Origin: Gammaproteobacteria bacterium
GTDB lineage: Bacteria > Pseudomonadota > Gammaproteobacteria > Steroidobacterales > PWYM01
NCBI GenBank assembly: GCA_007693855.1
Contig: RECU01000042.1
Location: 11,733-75,732 of the forward strand
Direction: 5' to 3'
Length of the DNA: 64,000 bases
The first letter of the stretch is position 1. Each line of letters opens with the position of its first letter. Below, piece after piece: positions 55,262 through 62,957 of the stretch. The notes below the pieces were generated by a model. The model was not told where the DNA came from and did not search any database. It was given only the letters and a program-made list of their open reading frames with translations. A program made the translations under genes and the position numbers.

Positions 55262-55849
55262 CTAGACCAGGATGTTGATGCCGGTGGGATTGCGGCTCAG
55301 GTCGCGCCCGTAGGTGTGCAGGGTGATCGCCGGGCGGTCGCTGGTATTGCAGATGCGATGGGGATACTGGATGCCGGCACGCACCCAACTCACCTCACCG
55401 GGCACACACTGGAGTTCCTGGCGCGGCAGTGCACCATACCCCGGTTCATATTCGTACAGCGCCACCGTGGGCCGGCCCTCGTGCACGGCCACGGCACCCC
55501 AGGCGGTATGCCCGTGCACCGGCGTGCCCTGACCGGGCATCCAGACCAGCGCCAGCACGCTGAACCGCCCCTCGGGATCGGCGTACAGCAGATGCCGGGT
55601 GTAGGTCTCGGCGTCCCCGATCCGCTGTTCCGGCGCGAGCAGATCCCGCTCACAGGCAAGTTCACCGAGGGCGCCGGCGACCCGAGCGGCGAGCGCCTCT
55701 TCGTCGGCAGCGCCGGCCAGCAGACTCTCCACGTGCGCGACGTAGCGTGCGAGCGCGGGCGGGACGACCGCCAGGGGCCCGGACGGCCGGCGGCCGGACA
55801 CATCCCGATGCTGCCGGAGATCGACGACTGCTGACATACGGGCCCCCAT
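55262..55849 (-). CDS. Cysteine dioxygenase type I-like cupin (thiol dioxygenase family)
   Basis: RHLLYADPEGRFSVLALVWMPGQGTPVHGHTAWG...ITLHTYG. Alternative start at 55837. Confidence 0.75.
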   Translation of the reverse strand: MGARMSAVVDLRQHRDVSGRRPSGPLAVVPPALARYVAHVESLLAGAADEEALAARVAGALGELACERDLLAPEQRIGDAETYTRHLLYADPEGRFSVLALVWMPGQGTPVHGHTAWGAVAVHEGRPTVALYEYEPGYGALPRQELQCVPGEVSWVRAGIQYPHRICNTSDRPAITLHTYGRDLSRNPTGINILV

Positions 55850-55903
55850 GCAATTGATTTGACATCTCAGGGTAGCAGCCCGACAGGAGAAAGTGGTTAC
55901 AAG

Positions 55904-55934
55904 TTTTGCTCTTTTTGCTTAGTATTTAGCAAAA
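55904..55934. promoter_or_regulatory. AT-rich operator-like element: TTTTGCT-CT-TTTTGCT-N8-AGCAAAA
   Basis: Direct plus inverted 7-mer arrangement read directly, in the divergent region between the cupin gene and the Lrp/AsnC gene. Confidence 0.4.
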
Positions 55935-55962
55935 TTATTTTTTTAAAAGGCTATTTATTGAA

Positions 55963-56439
55963 ATGGAATCGCTCGATTCGAAAGATAAACAGATTCTTGA
56001 CCTGCTCCAGCAGGATGCCATGATGCCGGCCTCCGAGATCGCCGACCAGGTCGGCCTGTCGACCACCCCCTGCTGGCGGCGTATCCAGAAGCTCGAAGCG
56101 GCCGGCTACATCCGCAAGCGCGTCGCCCTGCTCGACCGGGCGCGCTTGAACGTGCCCGTGTCGGTGTTCGTGGCGGTGAAAACCAATCGCCATGCCACGG
56201 ACTGGTTCGAGCGGTTCCACCGCATGGTTCAGGACGTCCCGGAGATCGTCGAGGCGTATCGGATGAGCGGTGAGATCGATTACCTGCTGCGGGTCGTGGT
56301 GCCCGATATTGCGGGTTATGACGCCGTCTACAAGCAGATGATCGATCGGGTGGATTTCGCCGACGTCAGCTCCAGCTTCTCCATGGAGGAACTCAAGTAC
56401 ACGACCGCCGTCCCGCTCGACCACGCACCCACCCGCTGA
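55963..56439 (+). CDS. Lrp/AsnC-family transcriptional regulator
   Basis: LDSKDKQILDLLQQDAMMPASEIADQVGLSTTPCWRRIQKLEAAGYI...GEIDYLLRVV. Confidence 0.93.
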   Translation: MESLDSKDKQILDLLQQDAMMPASEIADQVGLSTTPCWRRIQKLEAAGYIRKRVALLDRARLNVPVSVFVAVKTNRHATDWFERFHRMVQDVPEIVEAYRMSGEIDYLLRVVVPDIAGYDAVYKQMIDRVDFADVSSSFSMEELKYTTAVPLDHAPTR

Positions 56440-56545
56440 CCGACACGCCGGTACCGGGCGCGCGCCAGATCGGGCAGAATCGCCGCGTGGGTGCCGACGC
56501 CCGCCAGCAACCTCACCATGCGCCTCCGGCAGGACTGGAATCACC

Positions 56546-57493
56546 ATGACTCTCGATCCCGTCATCCTGTTCTTCCTGCTGGGCCTCGGCGCGGGGGCCC
56601 TGAAGGCCGACCTGCGCCTGCCCGCCGCGGTGTATGAGCTGCTCAGCGTGCTGCTGTTGCTGTCCATTGGCATGAAGGGCGGCATGGCCATGTCCGGCGT
56701 GCCCGCGGGCGAACTGCTCGTCCAGCTGGCCGCGGTCGCCGTAATGGGCGCGGTCACCGGCCTGGTCGCCTTCGGCCTGCTGCGGCTCTCGCGGGGGCTC
56801 GCCCGCAGCGATGCCGCCTCGATCGCCGCGCACTATGGCTCGGTCAGTGTCGGCACCTACGCCGTGGCCGTCGCCTTTCTGGCCCATGTCGGCGTCAGCT
56901 TCGAGGAGTACGTCGCGGCCTTCGTGGTGGTGCTCGAGGTGCCCGCGATCCTGATCGGTATCGTGCTGGCCCGCGGCGCGCGGCCGGAGGGTGGCTGGCG
57001 CGCGCTCGCCGGCGAAGTGTTTCTTGGCAAGAGCGTGGTGCTGCTGCTGGGCGGGCTGCTCATCGGCGTGATTGCAGGCCCGGTGGGGCTGGAAGGCATC
57101 TCGCCGCTGTTCTTCGATGCTTTCAAGGGCATTCTTGCGCTGTTTCTACTGGAGATGGGCCTGGTCGCCGCAACCCAGCTCGGCGCCATCCGCCGCCACG
57201 GGCTGTTCGTGCTCAGCTTCGCACTGGTCATGCCGCTGATCGGTGCCCTCATCGGTGCCGGCTTTGCCCTGCTCATGGGGCTGTCGCTCGGCGGCGCGCT
57301 GCTGCTGACCACGCTGGGTGCGAGCGCCTCGTATATCGCGGCACCGGCCGCCATGCGCATGGCGGTGCCCGAAGCCAACCCGGGGCTGTCGCTGACCGCC
57401 TCGCTGGCCATCACGTTCCCCTTCAATGTCCTGGTTGGGATTCCCCTTTATTTTCGCATCCTGCAGGCCGTATGGCCCTCCGCCGGAGGCTGA
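56546..57493 (+). CDS. sbtA: SbtA-family (sodium-dependent bicarbonate transporter-like) permease
   Basis: Collinear by eye with SbtA: ...IGMKGGMAM..., AAHYGSVSVGT, ...LEMGLVA..., ASASYIAAPAAMRMAVPEANP. It lacks the long cytoplasmic loop of the cyanobacterial protein. Confidence 0.8.
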   Translation: MTLDPVILFFLLGLGAGALKADLRLPAAVYELLSVLLLLSIGMKGGMAMSGVPAGELLVQLAAVAVMGAVTGLVAFGLLRLSRGLARSDAASIAAHYGSVSVGTYAVAVAFLAHVGVSFEEYVAAFVVVLEVPAILIGIVLARGARPEGGWRALAGEVFLGKSVVLLLGGLLIGVIAGPVGLEGISPLFFDAFKGILALFLLEMGLVAATQLGAIRRHGLFVLSFALVMPLIGALIGAGFALLMGLSLGGALLLTTLGASASYIAAPAAMRMAVPEANPGLSLTASLAITFPFNVLVGIPLYFRILQAVWPSAGG

Positions 57494-57494
57494 C

Positions 57495-57788
57495 ATGCAA
57501 CGCAAGCTGCTCACGATCATCACCGAAGCCTCGCTGGAACGCCGGCTTGTTGCCGGGATCAAACAGCGCGGCGCCCATGGCTACACCATCACCGAAGCCT
57601 ACGGCGAGGGCTCGCGCGGCGTGCGCGAGAGCGGCTTCGAGAAAGCCGGCAACATCCGCGTGGAAGTGGTCTGCGACAGCAGCGTTGCCGAGCGGATCGC
57701 CAGCTGGCTGCGCGAGCATTACTACCGCGACTACGCCATGATCCTGTTCATGCAGGATGTCGAGGTCATGCGACCCGAAAAATTCTGA
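57495..57788 (+). CDS. sbtB: P-II-like signalling protein SbtB
   Basis: 97 aa: MQRKLLTIITEASLERRLVAGIKQRGAHGYTITEAYGEGSRG...VEVVCD. GGAGG RBS. Starts 1 nt after the sbtA stop. Confidence 0.8.
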   Translation: MQRKLLTIITEASLERRLVAGIKQRGAHGYTITEAYGEGSRGVRESGFEKAGNIRVEVVCDSSVAERIASWLREHYYRDYAMILFMQDVEVMRPEKF

Positions 57789-57876
57789 CCTGCGCCGCCA
57801 GAGGCATTGAACCCGAAGCCACTCCGGCAGTCCGACTTCCCAGACGGTTCCGACGCCTCTCTCCGGATTTTCGCGA

Positions 57877-58806
57877 ATGATCAGAACGGAAGCCCTGAGC
57901 AGACGTTATGGTCCACTGCTTGCGGTGGACACGCTGTCTTTCGAAATCGCGCCGGGCACGGTGCTCGGCTTCCTGGGGCCGAACGGCGCGGGCAAGTCGA
58001 CCACCATGAAGATGCTGGCCGGGTTCATCAGCCCCAGCGCGGGGCGCGCCCTGGTGGGGGGCCACGATGTCAGCCGTGAACCGCTCGCGGTCAAGCGGCT
58101 GATCGGATATCTGCCGGAAGGCGCACCGGGCTACGGCGAGATGACGGTCGCGGGCTTCCTGGGCTTCGTCGCCGACCTGCGTGGACTCCGTGGGCCCGTG
58201 CGCCGGCAACGACTGGCAACCGTCATGGATCGTCTGAGCCTGGGCGGCGTCGCCACACAGACCCTCGAGACGCTTTCCAAGGGCTTTCGCCGGCGTGTCG
58301 GCCTGGCGCAGGCGATCCTGCATGACCCCGCGATCCTGATCCTCGACGAGCCCACCGACGGCCTGGACCCCAACCAGAAGCATGAGGTCAGGGAACTCAT
58401 CCGCGAGATGGCGGCCGACAAGACCATCATCATCTCGACTCACCTCCTCGAGGAGGTGGATGCCCTGTGCAACCGCGTGATGATCATCGGACATGGGCGC
58501 CTGCTGGCCGACGATACGCCGCGACGGCTCGAAGCCCGCTCCCGCTATCACAATGCTGTCAGCCTGAGATTGAGTGATCCCGCACAGCTGGCGGACGCCG
58601 AAACCGCACTGGCCGCGCTGCCGGGTGTCGCCGCGGTCGAGTGCGACCAGCAGCGCCTGACCGTACTCCCGAAGGACGGCGTCCAGATTCTGCCCAGCGT
58701 CGCCGAACTCGCCCGCACCGCGGGCTGGACGCTCGCCGAGCTGCATCTCGAATCCGGCCGACTCGACGAGGTTTTCCGTCGCATCACCATGGACACCCCG
58801 GCATGA
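57877..58806 (+). CDS. ABC transporter ATP-binding protein (ABC-2 / GldA-like)
   Basis: Walker A GPNGAGKST, signature LSKGFRRR, Walker B ILILDEP. Confidence 0.93.
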   Translation: MIRTEALSRRYGPLLAVDTLSFEIAPGTVLGFLGPNGAGKSTTMKMLAGFISPSAGRALVGGHDVSREPLAVKRLIGYLPEGAPGYGEMTVAGFLGFVADLRGLRGPVRRQRLATVMDRLSLGGVATQTLETLSKGFRRRVGLAQAILHDPAILILDEPTDGLDPNQKHEVRELIREMAADKTIIISTHLLEEVDALCNRVMIIGHGRLLADDTPRRLEARSRYHNAVSLRLSDPAQLADAETALAALPGVAAVECDQQRLTVLPKDGVQILPSVAELARTAGWTLAELHLESGRLDEVFRRITMDTPA

Positions 58807-59537
58807 GCGCGATGACGGTGGTGTTGCGGCGCGAACTGGCCGGCTACTTCGCAACCCCGGTGGCCTACGTCTTCCTGGTGATTTTCCTGGTGCTGTCAGC
58901 CACGTTCGCCTTCTACCTCGGGGGCTTTTTCGAGCGCGCCCAGGCGGATCTCGCCGCCTTTTTCAGCTTCCACCCCTGGTTGTATCTGTTTCTCGTCCCC
59001 GCGCTGTCGATGCGACTGTGGGCAGAGGAGCGCAAGAGCGGCACCATCGAGCTGCTGATGACGCTGCCGGTCACGTTGTGGCAGGCGGTGCTCGGCAAGT
59101 TCCTCGCGGCCTGGGCCTTCACGGCGCTCGCGCTGGCGCTGACCTTCCCGATGTGGCTCACGGTGAACTACCTCGGCGAGCCGGACAACGGCGCAATCCT
59201 GACCGCCTACCTCGGCAGCCTGCTGATGGCGGGTGGTTTTCTGGCGATCGGTGCCTGCATCTCCGCCGCGACCCGCAACCAGATCATCGCCTTCATCCTG
59301 ACGGTGGTCGCCTGCTTCGGGTTTCTGCTTGCGGGCTTCCCCCTGGTGCTCGATCTGTTCGCCGGCTGGGCCCCGGACGCACTGGTCGAGGCGGTTGCCG
59401 CGCTGTCGTTCCTGACCCATTACAACGCGCTGTCGCGAGGGGTGATCGAAGTCCGCGACCTGGTGTTCTTCGCACTCGTGATCGGCGTGTTCCTGTATGC
59501 CAACACCATTGTGCTCGACATGAAGAAGGCCAGCTGA
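58803..59537 (+). CDS. ABC-2 type transporter permease (GldF-like)
   Basis: ATGA overlap. Six hydrophobic segments. EERKSGTIELLMTLPV motif. Confidence 0.88.
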   Translation: MSAMTVVLRRELAGYFATPVAYVFLVIFLVLSATFAFYLGGFFERAQADLAAFFSFHPWLYLFLVPALSMRLWAEERKSGTIELLMTLPVTLWQAVLGKFLAAWAFTALALALTFPMWLTVNYLGEPDNGAILTAYLGSLLMAGGFLAIGACISAATRNQIIAFILTVVACFGFLLAGFPLVLDLFAGWAPDALVEAVAALSFLTHYNALSRGVIEVRDLVFFALVIGVFLYANTIVLDMKKAS

Positions 59538-59538
59538 C

Positions 59539-61422
59539 ATGGACCGCCGTGCAGCCAATACCCTGGGTGCGGGCATGCTCGCGATCCTCGCCGTGGTGTT
59601 CGTCACCGCGGTGGTCGCCAACCAGGCACTGCTGGGCGGCCTGCGAATCGACCTCACCGAGAACCGGCTCTATACCCTGTCACCGGGCACGCGCAGCCTG
59701 CTGGGACGGATCGAGGAGCCGATCACGCTCTACCTGTTCTTCTCCGAGCGCAGCGCCCGCGATTTTCCCGCGCTGCGGACCTATGCCCAGCGGGTCCGCG
59801 AGCTGCTCGAAGAGATGCGCGCCGCCTCCGGTGGGCAGTTGCGGGTGCAGGTGCTCGATCCCCTGCCGTTTTCGGAGGCTGAAGACCGCGCGACCGCCTT
59901 CGGGCTGCGCGGTGCGAGCATCGGTCCGCTGGGCGACCGGGTCTACTTCGCCCTGGCCGGCACCAATGCGGTCGGCGAGGAGGCGGTGCTGCCGTTTCTC
60001 GATCCGGCCCAGGAGGCCTTTCTCGAGTACGAGATCGCCCGCCTGGTCTTCGAACTGATGGACGCCCGCCGCCCGGTGGTCGGGCTGATCTCCGGTCTCG
60101 ACATCGAGGGCGGCTTCGATCCGGTGTCCCGCCAGGTCGCCAGCCCATGGGTGGTGCTGGAACAGGCACGCCAGCTGTATGACGTCCGCAGCCTGTCGGC
60201 GGATACGGCAGTCATCGATGCCGAGATCGACATCCTCTGGCTGCTGCATCCGCGCGACCTGCCCGAGCAGACCCTCTATGCGATCGATCAGTTCGTGCTG
60301 CGCGGCGGCCGGACGCTCGCGATGGTCGATCCTTTCGCGCAGATGGATCCCGCCGAACCGATGGCCACCATGGGTGGGCTCGAGCACGTCCCGGCGTCAT
60401 CACTGAACCGGCTGCTGGACGCCTGGGGCGTTCGCGTCCCCCCCGACGACGTGGTGCTCGACGATGTGAGCGCGCTGACCGTGAGCAGCCCGGGACAACG
60501 CCCGGAGCGCCACCTCGCGCTGCTCGGCGTGCGCCGCGACGGCCTCAGCACCTCGCAGGTAACCACGGCCGGCCTCGAGCAGGTCAACTTCGCCTTTCCC
60601 GGACATATTCTCGCCGAGGCCGACAGCCCGCTGCGGGTTGAACCGCTGATCCAGACCAGCCCGCAGGCGGGCCGGATTCCGGCGGCAGAGGCCCGCGCGA
60701 CACCTGATCCTGCCGCGTTGCGCGAGCGCTTCACCCCGGAGGGGCAACCGCTCACGCTGGCAGCGCTGCTGACCGGCGCGGTGCCCAGCAGCTTTGCGGA
60801 CGGACCCCCTGCCCGGCCCGACGAGGACTCCCCGGCGCACACCGCAGCCACCGAACATCTTGCCTCCTCGCGCGGCGACATCCATCTCCTGCTGGTGGCC
60901 GACAGCGACGTCGCCAGTGATCGGATGTGGGTGCAGGTCCAGTCGTTCTTCGGCCAGCGACTGCCCAGCCCCTTTGCGAGCAACGGCGATTTCATCATCA
61001 ATGCCCTGGACTACCTGGGCGGGAGCGAGGAGTTGCTCGGGCTGCGGGGGCGCGCCACGTTTCAACGGCCCTTCACCCGCGTCGAGGCGCTGCGCCGGGA
61101 GGCGGACACGCGCCTGAGTGAAACGCTGGCGCGCCTGGAGCAGGAACTGGCCGAGACCGAGCAGCGGCTCGCCGCGCTGCAGGCTGCGCGCGAAGACGCC
61201 GGCACACTGCTGCTCTCGCCCGAGCAGGAAGCCGAGATCGACCGGTTCAGCCAACAACAGGTGACGCTGCGCCAGGAACTCCGCGAAGTGCAGCGTGACC
61301 GCGAGGCCAACATCGAGGCACTGGGCAGACGACTGAAGATCCTCAACATCGGTCTGGTTCCCCTGCTCCTGACCCTGGTTGCCATCGCCGGGCTGGTGTT
61401 GCGTCGGAGGACGGCGGTGTGA
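59539..61422 (+). CDS. GldG-family auxiliary protein of ABC-2 systems
   Basis: N-terminal TM, RIDLTENRLYTLSPGTRSLL...ITLYLFFS, a large periplasmic region, a coiled segment and a C-terminal TM. Confidence 0.85.
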   Translation: MDRRAANTLGAGMLAILAVVFVTAVVANQALLGGLRIDLTENRLYTLSPGTRSLLGRIEEPITLYLFFSERSARDFPALRTYAQRVRELLEEMRAASGGQLRVQVLDPLPFSEAEDRATAFGLRGASIGPLGDRVYFALAGTNAVGEEAVLPFLDPAQEAFLEYEIARLVFELMDARRPVVGLISGLDIEGGFDPVSRQVASPWVVLEQARQLYDVRSLSADTAVIDAEIDILWLLHPRDLPEQTLYAIDQFVLRGGRTLAMVDPFAQMDPAEPMATMGGLEHVPASSLNRLLDAWGVRVPPDDVVLDDVSALTVSSPGQRPERHLALLGVRRDGLSTSQVTTAGLEQVNFAFPGHILAEADSPLRVEPLIQTSPQAGRIPAAEARATPDPAALRERFTPEGQPLTLAALLTGAVPSSFADGPPARPDEDSPAHTAATEHLASSRGDIHLLLVADSDVASDRMWVQVQSFFGQRLPSPFASNGDFIINALDYLGGSEELLGLRGRATFQRPFTRVEALRREADTRLSETLARLEQELAETEQRLAALQAAREDAGTLLLSPEQEAEIDRFSQQQVTLRQELREVQRDREANIEALGRRLKILNIGLVPLLLTLVAIAGLVLRRRTAV

Positions 61423-62423
61423 GTCGCCGAGCGCTCATGCTGCTCGGCGTGGCCGCGCTGCTGCTGCTGTCGCTGGCCGCCTGGCTGCGATTCGCCAACG
61501 AGCCGGTGGCGGGGATTGACGCACCGCTGCTGCCCGGACTGCGTGGCGAGTTTGCCGAACTCAGCACCCTGCGGGTCTCTGCCCCCGGGCCGGAGGTCGT
61601 GGCGACGCTCGAGCTTCGTGGCGAGCGCTGGGTGGTGGCCGAGCGCGACGACTGGCCCGCCGACACCCGACGACTGCGCGAGCTCCTGCTGATGCTTGCC
61701 GAGGCACGTCGCGTGGAACAACGCACCAGCAACCCGGCGCTGTGGCACCGGTTGGGCGTCGCGCCCATGGAGGCCGAAGAGGCGAGCGGTATCGAGCTCG
61801 CGCTCGAGACGCCAAGCGGTCCGGTCACCTTGCTGATCGGCAACGTGGATGGCCCTTACACGAATGTCCGACTCGTCCGCGAACCCGCCGCCTGGCTGGT
61901 GAGTGGTGTGCTGCAGCCGGCCGGCAGCACGGGCGAGTGGCTCGACCCGACCATCCCGGATCTCACCGCGGGAGGGATCGCCGCGATCAGCATCCGGCAT
62001 CCTGACGGCGAGCAGGTCCGACTCCAGCACCCGCCGGAAGGCGGGGCCGGTTTCGAGCTCCTCGAGATCCCCGAGGGGCGGAGCCCGCTGCACGCGAACA
62101 TCGCGGCGGCGACGCTCGGCGCACTGTCGGCACTGCGTATCGACGAGCTGGCCAGACGCGAGAGCGTGTTCGACGGGGAGCACGATCCGATCAGCATCGA
62201 GCTCGAAACCTTCGAAGGCGAGACACTCCGGCTGCGGGCACTGGTGAACGACGAGGGCCCATGGTTGAGCCTCGACCTGCCGGACGCGATGGAGGGCCAC
62301 GAGGGTGCCCTTGCCGCGTCGCTGCAACCGCTGGCGGGACGCGCGCTGCGCATTCCCCGACACCGCTTCGATCAGTTGACCCGGCGCATGGAAGATCTGC
62401 TGGCCCCGGTCCCGGCAGACTGA
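61419..62423 (+). CDS. DUF4340-like protein
   Basis: GTGA-type overlap with the GldG gene. N-terminal TM, then a beta-rich periplasmic body typical of the gene that follows gldG-like genes. Confidence 0.7.
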   Translation: MSRRALMLLGVAALLLLSLAAWLRFANEPVAGIDAPLLPGLRGEFAELSTLRVSAPGPEVVATLELRGERWVVAERDDWPADTRRLRELLLMLAEARRVEQRTSNPALWHRLGVAPMEAEEASGIELALETPSGPVTLLIGNVDGPYTNVRLVREPAAWLVSGVLQPAGSTGEWLDPTIPDLTAGGIAAISIRHPDGEQVRLQHPPEGGAGFELLEIPEGRSPLHANIAAATLGALSALRIDELARRESVFDGEHDPISIELETFEGETLRLRALVNDEGPWLSLDLPDAMEGHEGALAASLQPLAGRALRIPRHRFDQLTRRMEDLLAPVPAD

Positions 62424-62573
62424 TTGGTCCGGACATATTGACGAGACCCCAGGTAGTGCTGTACCGCGCTGGCGAAGTGGTTGTACTATCCGCCGATCCA
62501 TGCCCGGTCTGGTGTCATTGGCCGGGGATGCGATGCCGATTGCAAATGACACAGAGCATGAGACGACAGGTGT

Positions 62574-62849
62574 ATGAATATCTACGTTGGAAACCTGCCT
62601 TACACCGCCACCGATGACGAGTTGCGGCAGATGTTCGAGGCCTTCGGCCAGGTCAGCTCGGCAAAGGTCATCATGGACCGGGAAACCGGTCGCTCCAAGG
62701 GTTTCGGCTTTGTCGAAATGCCGACCTCGAGTGAGGCCAGCGAGGCGATTCAGCGGCTCAATGGCAGCCCGATGAACGGCCGGCCGCTGCGGGTCAACGA
62801 AGCCCAACCTCGCCAGGACGCCGGCCGCCGGCCCATGCGTCGCCCCTGA
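62574..62849 (+). CDS. RRM-type RNA-binding protein
   Basis: RNP2 IYVGNL and RNP1 KGFGFVEM. Basic C-terminal tail. Confidence 0.93.
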   Translation: MNIYVGNLPYTATDDELRQMFEAFGQVSSAKVIMDRETGRSKGFGFVEMPTSSEASEAIQRLNGSPMNGRPLRVNEAQPRQDAGRRPMRRP

Positions 62850-62853
62850 CCGC

Positions 62854-62898
62854 CGCCCTGCAGCGCCTGGGGCGCTGTGAACCCGGCGCTGCAGGGCG
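62854..62898 (+). terminator. 14-bp perfect-arm hairpin with an alternative inner pairing, between the RRM gene and ilvA
   Basis: CGCCCTGCAGCGCC...GGCGCTGCAGGGCG. The left arm can alternatively pair with a nearer GGCGCTG at 62871-62877. No T-tract. Confidence 0.4.
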
Positions 62899-62957
62899 AC
62901 GTCTCATTGCAGGTATCCCGCCGTAGACCCGCAATGTCTGCCGGTCTAGCATGGCTT

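Noticed and set aside
61062-62807. 581-aa minus-strand ORF
   Set aside because: It is antisense to the GldG-like, DUF4340-like and RRM genes, and no recognisable domain is present.
62951-62953. Upstream ATG as the ilvA start
   Set aside because: It is out of frame with the IlvA reading frame and gives a 31-codon overlapping ORF with no features. The ATG at 62958 gives the conserved MDDYLERIL... N-terminus.
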